From an uncultured Micavibrio sp. (GTDB taxonomy: Bacteria; Pseudomonadota; Alphaproteobacteria; Micavibrionales; UBA2020), in the NCBI GenBank assembly GCA_964575605.1, contig CAZNRN010000012.1, positions 2,933 through 66,932 on the forward strand: DNA of 64,000 nt, in the 5' to 3' direction. The position numbers and the translations under genes are program-made. Of the stretch, positions 26,242 to 36,954 are shown piece after piece. How positions within the stretch are numbered: the stretch's first letter is position 1; each line of letters opens with the position of its first letter. The notes beneath the pieces were generated by a model. The model ran no database searches. It worked only from the letters and a program-made list of their open reading frames with translations, and was not told where the DNA came from.

Positions 26242-26634
26242 TCAGGTTGCGCTGAAGGTTCTTTTCAACCCGCGTCTGGCGTTCGACGCCATATCGCGTT
26301 CGACGGCATTGACGATTTGCTGGCCGACAATGGCGTTGACTTCGAGCAGGCTTTCTTTCGCATCGTTAAAGGTGCGCACGGCCGCCAAGTGGTCGGCGGG
26401 ACGCAGGTTAGCCAGCAGCGTGTGGACGCTGGCAGGCTTGGCACGGCGGTTGAATTCATTTTCGCGCGTCTGGAGCTGCGACGCTGCGAGGAAGAAATCG
26501 GTCAGGACTTTTTCGGCAGCAGGCGCGCCTGCGACATAGGCGGCCTTTAGCGTGCCCAGCGTCACGGCGTTGAAGCCGGTTGCGAGCACGCCGTTCAGGT
26601 CGTCTAAATTGTCTGTCCCTTTCAAGCGGACCAT
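26242..26634 (-). CDS. hypothetical protein (130 aa)
   Basis: Preferred over the overlapping plus-strand ORF 26069..26539, whose product is an R/S/A-rich low-complexity sequence. This frame gives a balanced, helix-prone composition. Confidence 0.55.
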   Translation of the reverse strand: MVRLKGTDNLDDLNGVLATGFNAVTLGTLKAAYVAGAPAAEKVLTDFFLAASQLQTRENEFNRRAKPASVHTLLANLRPADHLAAVRTFNDAKESLLEVNAIVGQQIVNAVERDMASNARRGLKRTFSAT

Positions 26635-26761
26635 GGCAGTAAGACCTTGCCCTTTTTCGGGTTTTCGGGTATCAATTTTCCTTAATGCTCATTATACCTG
26701 AAAATCCGGGTTTGTGCGGAAAAAGTTAATTTTCCGGAAGATAGACAGTTAAGTTGCTGAT

Positions 26762-28639
26762 ATGAATACGAAATATGACGTCATCGTTGTGGGTGGAGGC
26801 CATGCCGGCTGCGAAGCAGCAGCGGCGGCCGCCCGCATGGGCGCTAAGACCTTGTTATTGACACATAAAATAGATTCGGTCGGCGTCATGTCCTGCAACC
26901 CTGCTATTGGTGGGCTTGGAAAAGGCCATCTTGTCAGGGAGATAGACGCTTTAGACGGGGTGATGGGCAAAGTAATCGACCAGGCCGGCATCCAGTTTCG
27001 TATCCTGAATGCCAGCAAAGGGCCTGCTGTGCGCGGTCCGCGCGCGCAGGCGGATCGCAAGCTTTACCGTGAAAACATGCAGCAGATGCTGCTGAACTAT
27101 CCCAACCTGACCCTGCACGGAGATGGCGCAGAAGAGATTTTGCGCGACGCAGCGGGATCTATTACAGGCGTGAAGACGTCGCTCGGCACCGAATTTTCTT
27201 GCGGCGCGCTGGTTATCACCACTGGCACTTTCCTGCGTGGCATCGTGCACCGTGGCCGCACGCAGCATGAGGCAGGACGCATCGGCGAGAAACCGTCCGT
27301 CGGCCTGGCGCTGTCGCTTGAAAAACTTAACCTGCCGATGGGCCGTTTGAAGACGGGCACACCCGCGCGCCTCGACGGCCGTACTATCGACTGGAAAGTT
27401 TGCGAAGAACAACCGGGGGATAATCCGCCGACGCCGTTCTCCTTCATGAACGACCGTGTTACTGTGCCGCAGATTTCCTGCTTCATCACCTACACCAATG
27501 ACAAGACGCACCAGATCATCCGCGACAACCTGCATGATGCGCCGATGTATTCCGGCCAGATTAAATCGAGCGGTCCGCGTTATTGTCCCTCAATTGAGGA
27601 CAAGGTTGTGCGCTTCGCTGACAAGGAGCGTCACCAGATTTTCCTTGAGCCCGAAGGCTTGGACGATGACACCGTCTATCCAAACGGCATATCGACTTCG
27701 TTGCCCGAGCAGGTGCAGGCGGACCTGATCAAAACAATCCCGGGCCTCGAGAACGCGGTTATCCTGCAGGCCGGATATGCGATCGAGTATGATTACGTCG
27801 ATCCACGCGCCATGAAGCGTACGCTCGAAACCAACGCTGTTACAGGCCTTTTCCTTGCTGGCCAAATCAACGGCACGACCGGTTACGAAGAAGCTGCGGC
27901 GCAGGGTTTGATCGCCGGCATCAACGCTGCGTTAAAGGCATCCGGCAGCGGTGACGAGTTTGTGCTCGACCGTGCCGACGGTTACATCGGCGTGTTGATT
28001 GATGACCTGGTGACCCAAGGTGTGTCAGAGCCCTACCGCATGTTCACCTCGCGCGCTGAATACCGTCTGCTGTTGCGCGCCGATAATGCTGACCAGCGGC
28101 TGACACCCGCCGGCATTTCCATAGGATGTGTGGGGGCTGCGCGTTCCTCTTCTTTCGAAGAAAAACATCGTCAGCTGTCAACTGCACGCGAGAAAGTTCA
28201 AAACCTCTTCGCGCTGCCAATCGAGTTGGAGCGCCGCGGTTTCAGGGTGAATCAGGACGGTGTTCGCCGCTCGGCCCATGACCTGATGCGTTATCCGGAT
28301 ATTACTTTCGATGCGCTGGCTTCTATTTGGCCGGAATTGAAAGATATCACGCCTGCCATCGCCGCCCAGATCGAAATCGACGCGCGCTATGCCGGATATA
28401 TCCAGCGTCAGGAAGCTGACATTAAGGCGTTCCGCCGTGACGAAGCTTTACTGCTACCGAAAGACCTGGACTATGCGCAAGTCGGCAGCCTCTCGAACGA
28501 GATGCGCCTCAAGCTTGGCAAGCATCGACCGGATACCTTGGGGGCTGCTGCGCGCATTCCGGGCGTGACGCCCGCCGCCCTCGTCGCGCTTCTGCGCCAC
28601 GTCAAACGTAAGCCTGAAGCAGAGTCCAAAGTTGCCTGA
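26762..28639 (+). CDS. mnmG: tRNA uridine 5-carboxymethylaminomethyl modification enzyme MnmG (GidA)
   Basis: [19 protein letters not shown] motif. 625 aa, colinear with GidA. Confidence 0.95.
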   Translation: MNTKYDVIVVGGGHAGCEAAAAAARMGAKTLLLTHKIDSVGVMSCNPAIGGLGKGHLVREIDALDGVMGKVIDQAGIQFRILNASKGPAVRGPRAQADRKLYRENMQQMLLNYPNLTLHGDGAEEILRDAAGSITGVKTSLGTEFSCGALVITTGTFLRGIVHRGRTQHEAGRIGEKPSVGLALSLEKLNLPMGRLKTGTPARLDGRTIDWKVCEEQPGDNPPTPFSFMNDRVTVPQISCFITYTNDKTHQIIRDNLHDAPMYSGQIKSSGPRYCPSIEDKVVRFADKERHQIFLEPEGLDDDTVYPNGISTSLPEQVQADLIKTIPGLENAVILQAGYAIEYDYVDPRAMKRTLETNAVTGLFLAGQINGTTGYEEAAAQGLIAGINAALKASGSGDEFVLDRADGYIGVLIDDLVTQGVSEPYRMFTSRAEYRLLLRADNADQRLTPAGISIGCVGAARSSSFEEKHRQLSTAREKVQNLFALPIELERRGFRVNQDGVRRSAHDLMRYPDITFDALASIWPELKDITPAIAAQIEIDARYAGYIQRQEADIKAFRRDEALLLPKDLDYAQVGSLSNEMRLKLGKHRPDTLGAAARIPGVTPAALVALLRHVKRKPEAESKVA

Positions 28640-29258
28640 TTCAATCGCTGATATCCTTGCAAGACACGGCCTGCATGTTTCACGTGAAACATCTGAAAAA
28701 TTGAATATTTACAATACTTTACTTTTGAAGTGGCAAAAGGCTATCAACCTCGTCAGCCCTACCACTATGGCTGAGGCCGGCGTTCGGCATTTCTATGATA
28801 GTGCGCAGCTTTTCCGCTATATTCCTGACCCTGATGTACGTTTGGCAGACATGGGGTCAGGCGCGGGGTTCCCTGGTCTGGTTCTCGCTCTGCTGGGGGT
28901 GCGGCAAGTTCATCTGATTGAATCAGACGTTCGTAAAGCGACCTTCCTGAGGGAGGTTTCACGTGAAACAGGCGTGGCGGTCACGGTTCATGATATCCGG
29001 GTTGAGGATTGTAAAATTCCCGGGTTGGATGTCGTTACAGCCCGCGCGCTTGCGCCCCTGCGCCATCTTCTCGAACATATGGATCATCTGGCGACGCCGG
29101 GCCATGAATGCTACGGCCTTTTCGCCAAGGGTGCCCAGTACGAGGAAGAACTTGTGAAAGCCCGCAAGCAATGGGGGTTTGATCTCGAGAGTTTTAACAG
29201 CGAAACCGAGCCGGAGGCGCGTATCCTCCGTATTCGCCACCTGCAGCATAAACAATAA
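28632..29258 (+). CDS. rsmG: 16S rRNA (guanine527-N7)-methyltransferase RsmG (GidB)
   Basis: TTG start overlapping the mnmG end by 8 nt. VSRET...LLLKW and [13 protein letters not shown] motif. Confidence 0.9.
   Translation: MPDSIADILARHGLHVSRETSEKLNIYNTLLLKWQKAINLVSPTTMAEAGVRHFYDSAQLFRYIPDPDVRLADMGSGAGFPGLVLALLGVRQVHLIESDVRKATFLREVSRETGVAVTVHDIRVEDCKIPGLDVVTARALAPLRHLLEHMDHLATPGHECYGLFAKGAQYEEELVKARKQWGFDLESFNSETEPEARILRIRHLQHKQ
28676..28691. promoter_or_regulatory. parS site, perfect TGTTTCACGTGAAACA
   Basis: Exact 16-bp palindrome matching the ParB-binding consensus. Lies inside rsmG (encodes HVSRET). Confidence 0.9.
28955..28970. promoter_or_regulatory. parS site, GGTTTCACGTGAAACA (1 mismatch)
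   Basis: 15 of 16 match to the consensus. Lies inside rsmG (encodes VSRET). Confidence 0.8.
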
Positions 29259-29286
29259 ATATGTTAAATTAAGACCTTTCCGCAGT

Positions 29287-29302
29287 TGTTTCACGTGAAA
29301 CA
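29287..29302. promoter_or_regulatory. parS site, perfect TGTTTCACGTGAAACA
   Basis: Exact palindrome in the rsmG-parA intergenic region. Confidence 0.9.
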
Positions 29303-29326
29303 ACTGGGAGGAGCGTCTCTGCGCAC

Positions 29327-29342
29327 TGTTTCACGTGGAACA
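29327..29342. promoter_or_regulatory. parS site, TGTTTCACGTGGAACA (1 mismatch)
   Basis: 15 of 16 match, 40 bp after the previous site. Confidence 0.8.
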
Positions 29343-29406
29343 ATTTGCAATTAAATTAGCCACGCGATGGCTTGATTGGACTCGGGAAGAGGATTACAAA
29401 GTCTTC

Positions 29407-30258
29407 ATGACCCATCCCATCGTCAAAAACGAAGCTTTCATCGCCACGGACGGCGGTTCCGCCTCCTCCGCGACCCGGTATATCAGCATTTCAAACCAGA
29501 AAGGCGGCGTCGGCAAGACCACGACTACTGTCAACCTGGCCACAGCCCTTGCCGCTGTTGGCAAAAAGGTTCTGGTGATCGACCTTGATCCGCAGGGTAA
29601 CGCCTCGACCGGCTTCGGTGTCGACCGCGCGCAGCGCGTTAACGGCACATATGAAGTACTTTTCGGTGATTGCTCTGCAGATGAAGCTGCAATTGCGACA
29701 AAAGTGCCTAACCTTTACATCATTCCCTCCTCGATTCACCTGTCGGGCGCCGAGATCGAGCTGGTGGATGCCGAACGTCGCGAGGCCCGCCTGAAAATGG
29801 CACTGGAGCTATCGCAGCAGAATTATGACTATGTGCTGTTTGACTGCCCTCCCTCGCTTAATCTTCTTACGTTAAATGCGCTTGTCGCTTCGACCGGCGT
29901 ACTCGTCCCCCTGCAATGCGAGTTCTATGCGCTGGAGGGCCTCAGCCACCTGGTGAAAACGATCGAACGTGTCACGGCCAGCTTTAACCAGAAGCTCGAA
30001 CTGATGGGCGTCGTGCTGACCATGTACGACAAGCGCAACAACTTAGCTATGCAGGTCGCCGACAACGTGCGCGGCTTTTTCGGGGATAAGGTTTACGACA
30101 CGGTGATCCCCCGTAACGTGCGCATTTCCGAAGCGCCCTCTTTCGGCCTTCCCGCTATCGTCTACGACATGCACTGCCCCGGCTCGCAGGCCTATATCCA
30201 GCTCGCTAAAGAAATTTTGAAGCGCGAGCAAAAACTGCAGCTGCAATACGGCACATAA
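29407..30258 (+). CDS. parA: chromosome partitioning ATPase ParA
   Basis: Deviant Walker A NQKGGVGKTT. Start taken at MTHPIV (29407). The ORF-track GTG at 29335 would run through a parS site. Confidence 0.9.
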   Translation: MTHPIVKNEAFIATDGGSASSATRYISISNQKGGVGKTTTTVNLATALAAVGKKVLVIDLDPQGNASTGFGVDRAQRVNGTYEVLFGDCSADEAAIATKVPNLYIIPSSIHLSGAEIELVDAERREARLKMALELSQQNYDYVLFDCPPSLNLLTLNALVASTGVLVPLQCEFYALEGLSHLVKTIERVTASFNQKLELMGVVLTMYDKRNNLAMQVADNVRGFFGDKVYDTVIPRNVRISEAPSFGLPAIVYDMHCPGSQAYIQLAKEILKREQKLQLQYGT

Positions 30259-30275
30259 TATATTGGAGAAATAGG

Positions 30276-31232
30276 ATGACCGCAGAAGTAAAAAAACGCG
30301 GCCTTGGCCGCGGCCTCGACGCCCTCTTCCAGGACCAGCGCAAGGAAGAAGAAGCCTTCCAGCCCAAGATCAAGCGCGCCGATGAAATTGTCGCAGCAGC
30401 ACAGGCCGAGGTGAAACCCCAGGCCGGCGCCACGCCGCAGACTGCCGGCCCCCGCAAGGTTGCCGTCGAACGCCTTACCCCCGGCAAATACCAGCCGCGC
30501 CGTTTCTTTGACGACGCCGCGCTCGACCAGTTGTCTGACAGCATCGCCGCACATGGCGTGTTGCAGCCGCTGCTGGTGCGTCCCCTTTCTGGCAACATGT
30601 ATGAAATCATCGCAGGCGAGCGCCGCTGGCGTGCCGCGCAAAAAGCGCAGCTACATGAAGTGCCGGTCGTTATCGTCCAGCTGCCCGACAAGGAAACGCT
30701 GGAAATCGCGCTCATCGAAAACCTGCAGCGTGAAGACCTGACGGCGGTTGAAGAGGCCGAAGGCTACCAGCGCCTGATGGACGAATTTGGCCATACGCAG
30801 GAAATGCTGTCACAGCAGCTCGGCAAAAGCCGTAGCCATGTTGCAAATACCCTGCGACTGCTGAAACTGCCGCAGACCGTGCGCACCATGGTGCAGAGCG
30901 GCGCCCTTTCGGCCGGCCATGCCCGCGCGCTCGTCGGCGCAAAGGATCCGGAAGCACTGGCAAGCCTGATTACCCGCCGCAATCTCAGCGTCCGCCAGAC
31001 CGAAGCGCTCGTGCAGAAATCTTCAGAAGGCAAGCTGAAGCTGCCGCGCAAAAAAGGCTTTGTCGAAAAAGACGTCGATGTGCTGGCACTGGAAGAACTC
31101 ACGACCTCCAAGCTCGGCATGCGCGTGACGATCAACGGTGATGGCCCCGCCGGGACGCTCAGCATAGAGTATAAATCGCTCGATCAGCTGGATGACCTGC
31201 TGGCGCGTCTTGGACAGACACCGAAGCGTTAA
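30276..31232 (+). CDS. parB: chromosome partitioning protein ParB
   Basis: KRGLGRGLDALF, GERRWRAA box and an HTH region (SQQLGKSRSHVANTLRLL). Confidence 0.93.
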   Translation: MTAEVKKRGLGRGLDALFQDQRKEEEAFQPKIKRADEIVAAAQAEVKPQAGATPQTAGPRKVAVERLTPGKYQPRRFFDDAALDQLSDSIAAHGVLQPLLVRPLSGNMYEIIAGERRWRAAQKAQLHEVPVVIVQLPDKETLEIALIENLQREDLTAVEEAEGYQRLMDEFGHTQEMLSQQLGKSRSHVANTLRLLKLPQTVRTMVQSGALSAGHARALVGAKDPEALASLITRRNLSVRQTEALVQKSSEGKLKLPRKKGFVEKDVDVLALEELTTSKLGMRVTINGDGPAGTLSIEYKSLDQLDDLLARLGQTPKR

Positions 31233-31303
31233 TGCAGCCAGGCAAAGGGGCTTACTAATCTTTACGCTGGACCTGGACTTCCGCCACAAAACGTACGCGG
31301 TTG

Positions 31304-32188
31304 ATGGAGGATACGCAGCGTATATTATCGCTCTGGCCTGAAACGAAAACCCTGCTGGATCTCGCTTCCGCACAAAATGTGCCTATTGTTTTTAACGGTG
31401 ATTTAATTGGCACTGATACCGATGGGGTCAACATTATCAACCGCACCGCCGGCACGCGCCAAATCGAGTTGAAGCCGTATAAAAGTCCCGAAGATTGCGC
31501 AATTGCGCTTATTCACGAACTCAGGCATTTGTGGCAGGACGTGGCACTTGGCCTGACCGCGGCGACCCGCGGCCTTGGCGAAAGAGATGCCACGACGGTT
31601 GTTCTACTGAACCGCGTGCGCGAGGCAGATGCCTATGCATTCACAGATTTGATGATAGGGCGCATCAATCATTTCCAGGAAGATTTCCGGAAGTCGGAGA
31701 ACCTGCGCGCCGCGCTGCTCTTCCTTCATCGAGGGCAGCCGCTGACAGAGGGCCAGGAAAACGAGGTTAGTGACGTTATCGCCGAAGCAATCACCGGACG
31801 CCTGCCTGCTGAACGCGCCGCCGCAAGCGCCAAGTTTGAAAAGGCCCTGTCATGGCTGGATAGCTACGACTGCGAAGCAATCCAAAGCTATCAACGCCGG
31901 TATTGCCCTCCCATAGATCCGGGTCTTCCGCATATGACGGAAGCGCAAGGCCATATTGTCACCCTTGCCGATATCCGCAAACTCTGCGTGGTCGGCGAAG
32001 GGCCGACCCGCATATCATATATGGACGATTTGGCGGATCAAGATTTCACCGCGCTTGTCATGAAAGACGTCAAACCATCGGTTGCTGAAGTGATATCGAT
32101 GATTGAAGATTTCGAAAACGCAGGCGCGAAAAACGTGAAGCAAAAAGCCGAAATCGATACCCGTCTCAGGGCGGCGCTTAAGCCTTAA
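31304..32188 (+). CDS. hypothetical protein, family member P3 with intact HELRH ... EAD (putative gluzincin-like metallopeptidase)
   Basis: HELRH at 31514..31528 with READAYAF about 33 aa downstream. Colinear with P1, P2 and P4. No signal peptide. ATG at 31304 (the ORF track starts at a TTG at 31301). Confidence 0.75.
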   Translation: MEDTQRILSLWPETKTLLDLASAQNVPIVFNGDLIGTDTDGVNIINRTAGTRQIELKPYKSPEDCAIALIHELRHLWQDVALGLTAATRGLGERDATTVVLLNRVREADAYAFTDLMIGRINHFQEDFRKSENLRAALLFLHRGQPLTEGQENEVSDVIAEAITGRLPAERAAASAKFEKALSWLDSYDCEAIQSYQRRYCPPIDPGLPHMTEAQGHIVTLADIRKLCVVGEGPTRISYMDDLADQDFTALVMKDVKPSVAEVISMIEDFENAGAKNVKQKAEIDTRLRAALKP

Positions 32189-33228
32189 GCACGCCTGCGG
32201 CCCGCCGCCGCTTTGCTGCCAAGCTGTGCCAGCGAGAGGACTGCCCGCCCCAGGATAATTTCGGGGACGCTGCCGGTGTGCTTGCATTTGGCTTCGGCGC
32301 TGGAGATGATATTCAGCGCCTGTTCCAGCTGCAAAAAACTCCAGCCGTTTAGTTGCGCCACAAAGGCGTCTTTATGCTTGAAGAATAGCGGCGGCCGCAG
32401 TTTCTTGAGGGCAAGCTCCAGGCCGTCATTGCTCATCCGTGCCTTGGTTACGTGCAGCCGCGTGAAATGGTCGAGCATCACACGCAGGATGCGCACCGGC
32501 GGTTCACCCTCACGCAACAGGTGGGAAAGGATACGGTCAGCCTCCGCCACGTTTCCGGAAGCGGCGGTGCGTGCGAGGTCTTCCAGAGGCAGCTGGGCCG
32601 AACCCCCGACCGATGCGATAACGTCTTCCAGAGAAATATCCTTATACCCGCCCATATATATTGAGAGCTTTTCCGCCTCCCCCCGCGCTACACCGCGGTC
32701 TCCGACGACGTTTGCAGCCATATACTGCAGAGCGTCGGAGGAGATGGTATAGCCGCGGTTACGCAGCTCTTCGGAGAGTATTTTTGTCAAGTCGCGGGCG
32801 TCGTCGATGTAACAGGGAACGGCCGCCGCATTCGGCGCCTCCTCGAACAACTTACGCAGCTTCGAGGCCGGCCAAAGGTCGCCCGCCTCCAGCACGACGA
32901 GGTTACAGCCGGCCTTCATGGCAGCCAACGCGGCTTTGACAATCGGCTCTATCTTGTCGGTTGCATCACGTACGCGGATAACGCGTTTTCCACCCAGCAT
33001 CGAAATCGACTGGGCCTCGTCCAGAAGCTGGGACGGGTTGTCTGATAATTGCCCGCCTGTATATTCGGCAACAGCGAACGGGTCGTTACTATCGGGCACA
33101 GCCTGCTTTGCCAGCATAGTGGCGCGTTCGCGTACCAGCCCTTCGTCGGGCCCATACACCAGTATGGCCAACGCCTTCGGGTCTGGCTTTTTCAGGAAGG
33201 GTTCGATGTCGCGGAAGCCCAGTTTCAC
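32185..33228 (-). CDS. holA: DNA polymerase III subunit delta
   Basis: GTG start. ILVYGPDEGL..., 347 aa. Canonical position next to lptE and leuS. Confidence 0.85.
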   Translation of the reverse strand: MKLGFRDIEPFLKKPDPKALAILVYGPDEGLVRERATMLAKQAVPDSNDPFAVAEYTGGQLSDNPSQLLDEAQSISMLGGKRVIRVRDATDKIEPIVKAALAAMKAGCNLVVLEAGDLWPASKLRKLFEEAPNAAAVPCYIDDARDLTKILSEELRNRGYTISSDALQYMAANVVGDRGVARGEAEKLSIYMGGYKDISLEDVIASVGGSAQLPLEDLARTAASGNVAEADRILSHLLREGEPPVRILRVMLDHFTRLHVTKARMSNDGLELALKKLRPPLFFKHKDAFVAQLNGWSFLQLEQALNIISSAEAKCKHTGSVPEIILGRAVLSLAQLGSKAAAGRRRA

Positions 33229-33773
33229 GGCGAGGGCACCGGGAAAGGCTTGGGCGGCTCGACGCGATTGAAGTAAAGATCGATCTCGCGCACGACCGAA
33301 TCCGACAGTTCTTCCAGCATATGGTCGGTCACGCTGCGTTTCGAGGTGATGGTGGCCAGCTGGTTATCAAGCTGGTTATAGCCGCCGACTGCATGGACGT
33401 CGCGCTCCAGCAGCACGCGGCCCGTGCTGTTTTCGACCAGTTTGATATGTGTGCCGATAGTGGTCATGGCGCGGGTCGAGGTTGCGTCCTTGCGGATGCC
33501 AAGGTTGGTGGTGGAGTTCTGCAGCGGCGTCAGCGCCAGGGTATAATGTCCAACCGCCGGACGGCCGCGCACATAAAGGCGATCGATCAGCAGGTTGCGC
33601 AGGCGCTGGCCTTCACGGTCGGGAACATTGGCGATATCGATGGCCGCGCGGCTGGTCGCCATGTCGGGGTCAGCCGATTGCATGTATTCTGTCTTGCCGT
33701 AGAGTGGCTCGAACCCGCAACCCGCGAGCAGCAAAAGGCACAACAGCGCGGCGACAGGTTTAAACGACGACAT
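33225..33773 (-). CDS. lptE: LPS-assembly lipoprotein LptE
   Basis: Lipobox LLLAGC in [26 protein letters not shown]. Conserved position between leuS and holA. Confidence 0.8.
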   Translation of the reverse strand: MSSFKPVAALLCLLLLAGCGFEPLYGKTEYMQSADPDMATSRAAIDIANVPDREGQRLRNLLIDRLYVRGRPAVGHYTLALTPLQNSTTNLGIRKDATSTRAMTTIGTHIKLVENSTGRVLLERDVHAVGGYNQLDNQLATITSKRSVTDHMLEELSDSVVREIDLYFNRVEPPKPFPVPSP

Positions 33774-36300
33774 TGATAATCCTGTTCGGCACCACGATAA
33801 CTTTCTTGGCGGCTTTGCCTTCCATGGCTTTTTGAACGGCCGGCTCGTCCAGCGCCGCTTTTTCGGCGTCGGGCTGGGCAAGGTCCTTGGGCAGCTGGAT
33901 GGTGGAGCGTAGCTTGCCGTTCACCTGGATGGCGATGGTGACGGTATCACTGCCCAGCCAGTTCTTGTCGGCTTCTGGCCAGCTGGAGTTGACGACCATT
34001 TCTTTATGGCCAAGATGCGACCAGAGCTCTTCGGCCAGGTGCGGCATAACGGGGGCCATCAGGCGGATCAGCGCCTCGCAGCCCTCTTTCAGCACAGCTC
34101 CGTCGCCCTTCTTGGCCGAGAAATCTTCCAAGGCATTTGAAAGCTCGCGCAGGCGCGCAATGGCCTTGTTGAAATGGAACTTTTCAAGGTCCTGCGTCAT
34201 CATATCGATGGTGCCGTGGATCTTGCGCTTCATCCCCTCCACATCGCCGCCCGTGCCATTGAAATCGGCCAGGGTGACAAGGCGCCAGAGGCGGTTGACG
34301 TATTTCCAGGCGCCCTCGATACCGCCTTCCGTCCATTCAACGTCCCGCTCCGGCGGGCTGTCGGAGAGGATCAGCAGGCGAGCAGCGTCGATCCCGTAGT
34401 TGACAGAGACTTCCTCGAGGCCGATCACGTTCTTGCGCGATTTCGACATTTTCTCGATGCGGCCGACGGTCACGGGCGTGCCGTCCGATTTACGGACATG
34501 CGCGCCGTTGTGGCCCTTCTCGATATCGGTCGGCGCCAGCCATTTGCCGTCTTCGCCCTTATAAGTTTCGTGGACGACCATGCCTTGGGTGAACAGCGCG
34601 GTAAAAGGCTCGTCAAAATCGAGGTAGCCGCATTTTTTGAGGGCGCGCGTAAAGAACCGCGCATAGAGCAAGTGCATGACGGCATGTTCGACGCCACCGA
34701 TATATTGGTCGACAGGCGCCCAGTATTTTACCTTCTCTTTCGAGAAGCCGGCCTGCTCGTTATGCGGATCGCAGTAACGGAACTGGTACCAAGAACTTTC
34801 AAAGAAAGTATCGAAGGTGTCTGTTTCACGTTCGGCGTCCTTGCCGCAGGAGGGGCATTTGGTCTTTTTCCACGTGGGGTGGTTATAGATCGGGTTACCT
34901 GGCTTGTCGAAACTGACATCTTCCGGCAGCGTCACGGGCAGATCGGCCTCGGGCACGGGTACTGCGCCGCATTCCTGGCAATGGATAATCGGGATCGGGC
35001 AGCCCCAATAGCGCTGGCGGCTGACGCCCCAATCCCTTAGACGGTAAAGCGTTGTCCCCTGCCCCGTTTTGGCAGCTTCGAAGCGCTTGATAACTTCGGC
35101 CTTGGCCTCGTCGATTGTCATGCCGTTTAGGAAGTCCGAATTATAAAGTTTTCCGGGGCCGGTATATGCCTCCATATCGACGGCGAAATCGCGGCCGTCC
35201 TTGTCGGGCGGGATAACGACAGGGATAACATCCAGGTTATACTTGCGTGCGAAGTCCAGGTCGCGCTGGTCATGCGCGGGGCAGCCGAAAATCGCACCGG
35301 TGCCGTATTCCATCAGGACGAAGTTGGCGATAAATACGCGCAGCGTCTTGCCAGCGATAAACGGGTGAACGACGGTCAGGCCGGTGTCATGGCCGATTTT
35401 TTCGGCGGTTTCGATGACCGCTTCTGATGTGCCGATCTTGCGGCATTTCTCGATAAACTCTTCCACGCCCATGTCGTTCTTTGCCAGCTTCTGCGCGACC
35501 GGATGGTCGGGAGAGATGGCGACGAATGAAGCGCCAAAAAGCGTATCAGGGCGCGTCGTGTAGATTTCCAGGCGCTGGCCTTTCGGCTTGGTCAGCTCGA
35601 AAGTGAATTTCAGGCCCTGGGACTTGCCGATCCAGTTCTCCTGCATCAGGCGGACTTTTTCGGGCCAGCCCTGCAGCTGCGAAATGCCATCCAGCAAGTC
35701 GTCGGCGAAGGCAGTAATTTTCAGGAACCATTGTTTCAGCTTGCGGCGCTCAACCAGCGCGCCCGAGCGCCAGCCGCGGCCGTCGACCACCTGCTCGTTC
35801 GCGAGCACGGTGTTTTCGATCGGATCCCAGTTGACGAAGGATTCTTTTTGGTACGCCAGCCCGGCCTTCAGGAAGTCGAGGAAGTATTTCTGTTCGTGCC
35901 TGTAATATTCTGGTGCGCAGGTGGCGATCTCGCGCGACCAGTCGATGGCAAGGCCCATCAGCTTCAGGTCCTGCTTCATCGCGGCGATATTCGCATAGGT
36001 CCATTTGGCAGGATGGGTTTTGTGTTCCATAGCCGCGTTTTCGGCGGGCAGGCCGAAAGCGTCCCAGCCCATGGGGTTCAGCACGTTGTAGCCCCGCGCG
36101 CGTTTGTAACGCGCCACGATGTCCGACATCGTATAGTTGCGCATATGGCCGACGTGCAGCTTGCCCGAAGGATAGGGGAACATGGCCAGCGTGTAATACT
36201 TGGGTTTGTCGGCGCTTTCCGTCACCTCGAAGCAGCGGCTGCTTTCCCAGGCCTGCTGCCAGCGGGCTTCGGTTTCCTTCACATTATAACGGTCGCTCAT
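33760..36300 (-). CDS. leuS: leucine--tRNA ligase
   Basis: 846 aa. HVGH (HIGH) and KMSKS motifs. Confidence 0.97.
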   Translation of the reverse strand: MSDRYNVKETEARWQQAWESSRCFEVTESADKPKYYTLAMFPYPSGKLHVGHMRNYTMSDIVARYKRARGYNVLNPMGWDAFGLPAENAAMEHKTHPAKWTYANIAAMKQDLKLMGLAIDWSREIATCAPEYYRHEQKYFLDFLKAGLAYQKESFVNWDPIENTVLANEQVVDGRGWRSGALVERRKLKQWFLKITAFADDLLDGISQLQGWPEKVRLMQENWIGKSQGLKFTFELTKPKGQRLEIYTTRPDTLFGASFVAISPDHPVAQKLAKNDMGVEEFIEKCRKIGTSEAVIETAEKIGHDTGLTVVHPFIAGKTLRVFIANFVLMEYGTGAIFGCPAHDQRDLDFARKYNLDVIPVVIPPDKDGRDFAVDMEAYTGPGKLYNSDFLNGMTIDEAKAEVIKRFEAAKTGQGTTLYRLRDWGVSRQRYWGCPIPIIHCQECGAVPVPEADLPVTLPEDVSFDKPGNPIYNHPTWKKTKCPSCGKDAERETDTFDTFFESSWYQFRYCDPHNEQAGFSKEKVKYWAPVDQYIGGVEHAVMHLLYARFFTRALKKCGYLDFDEPFTALFTQGMVVHETYKGEDGKWLAPTDIEKGHNGAHVRKSDGTPVTVGRIEKMSKSRKNVIGLEEVSVNYGIDAARLLILSDSPPERDVEWTEGGIEGAWKYVNRLWRLVTLADFNGTGGDVEGMKRKIHGTIDMMTQDLEKFHFNKAIARLRELSNALEDFSAKKGDGAVLKEGCEALIRLMAPVMPHLAEELWSHLGHKEMVVNSSWPEADKNWLGSDTVTIAIQVNGKLRSTIQLPKDLAQPDAEKAALDEPAVQKAMEGKAAKKVIVVPNRIINVVV

Positions 36301-36393
36301 GTCAGTTCCTTAAAACGGCAAATGGCGCCTCCACACCCGGGGCGCGCTGGCCAGTAGACTATAAATATATATGGTTTTCCAGTATGCGGAAGC

Positions 36394-36954
36394 TTAAAGC
36401 TTGCCGCGGCCGGCCTGCGCCACGCGCAGTTCGCGGGCGCGGGTCAGGATGGTGTTTTCGATATTGGTCGCCATGTCGGCGGCGACGGCGGTATCTTTCC
36501 AGCCGCCCTTGGCCTGGGTCTGCTTGAAGACCGAAACGCGGACGCCGTCGGCGCGCAGCTGCTTGTCCAATATATATACAGACAGCTTGAAGCGTTCGCC
36601 CGGCGTCTGGGGGTTTTCGTACCAGTCGGTCAGGATGACGCCGCCGAAAGGATCGGCCGAAGCGACGGGCATAAAGGAAATGGTGTCGAGCGATGCGCGC
36701 CACAGGAAGCTGTTGACGCCGATACCCGAGCCGCCAGCACCATTTTCATCATCGTCCCTGCCGAAGAGGCGTGAACCCAGTGTTTGTCCCTCGCCCCAGA
36801 CGGTGTCAGGTTTTTGGTCGCTATAAAGCGGTTTGTCGTTGGTGGCGCCTTCCGGGCGTGTCGGATAGCTGGCTTCCTTTTTGATTTCGCCGCAACCCGC
36901 CAGCAATGCCAGCCCCGCAGCAACAAGCGATGTTGAAAGGAGATATTTCTTCAT
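36394..36954 (-). CDS. DUF3576-type lipoprotein
   Basis: Lipobox LLAGC. VNSFLWRASLDTISFMP...ADPFGGVILTDWY is typical of the alphaproteobacterial DUF3576 family, recalled from memory. Confidence 0.75.
   Translation of the reverse strand: MKKYLLSTSLVAAGLALLAGCGEIKKEASYPTRPEGATNDKPLYSDQKPDTVWGEGQTLGSRLFGRDDDENGAGGSGIGVNSFLWRASLDTISFMPVASADPFGGVILTDWYENPQTPGERFKLSVYILDKQLRADGVRVSVFKQTQAKGGWKDTAVAADMATNIENTILTRARELRVAQAGRGKL

Noticed and set aside
26069-26539. 156-aa plus-strand ORF competing with 26242..26634
   Set aside because: It begins inside the terminator hairpin, and its product is R/S/A/W-rich and looks non-protein-like. The minus-strand frame gives a more plausible protein. Confidence in either is only moderate.
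19093-32188. The idea that the P1-P4 family is functionally tied to replication or partition because copies lie next to oriC and parB
   Set aside because: The entire 64-kb window is origin-proximal, so this proximity carries little information. I keep it only as a caveat within the findings.
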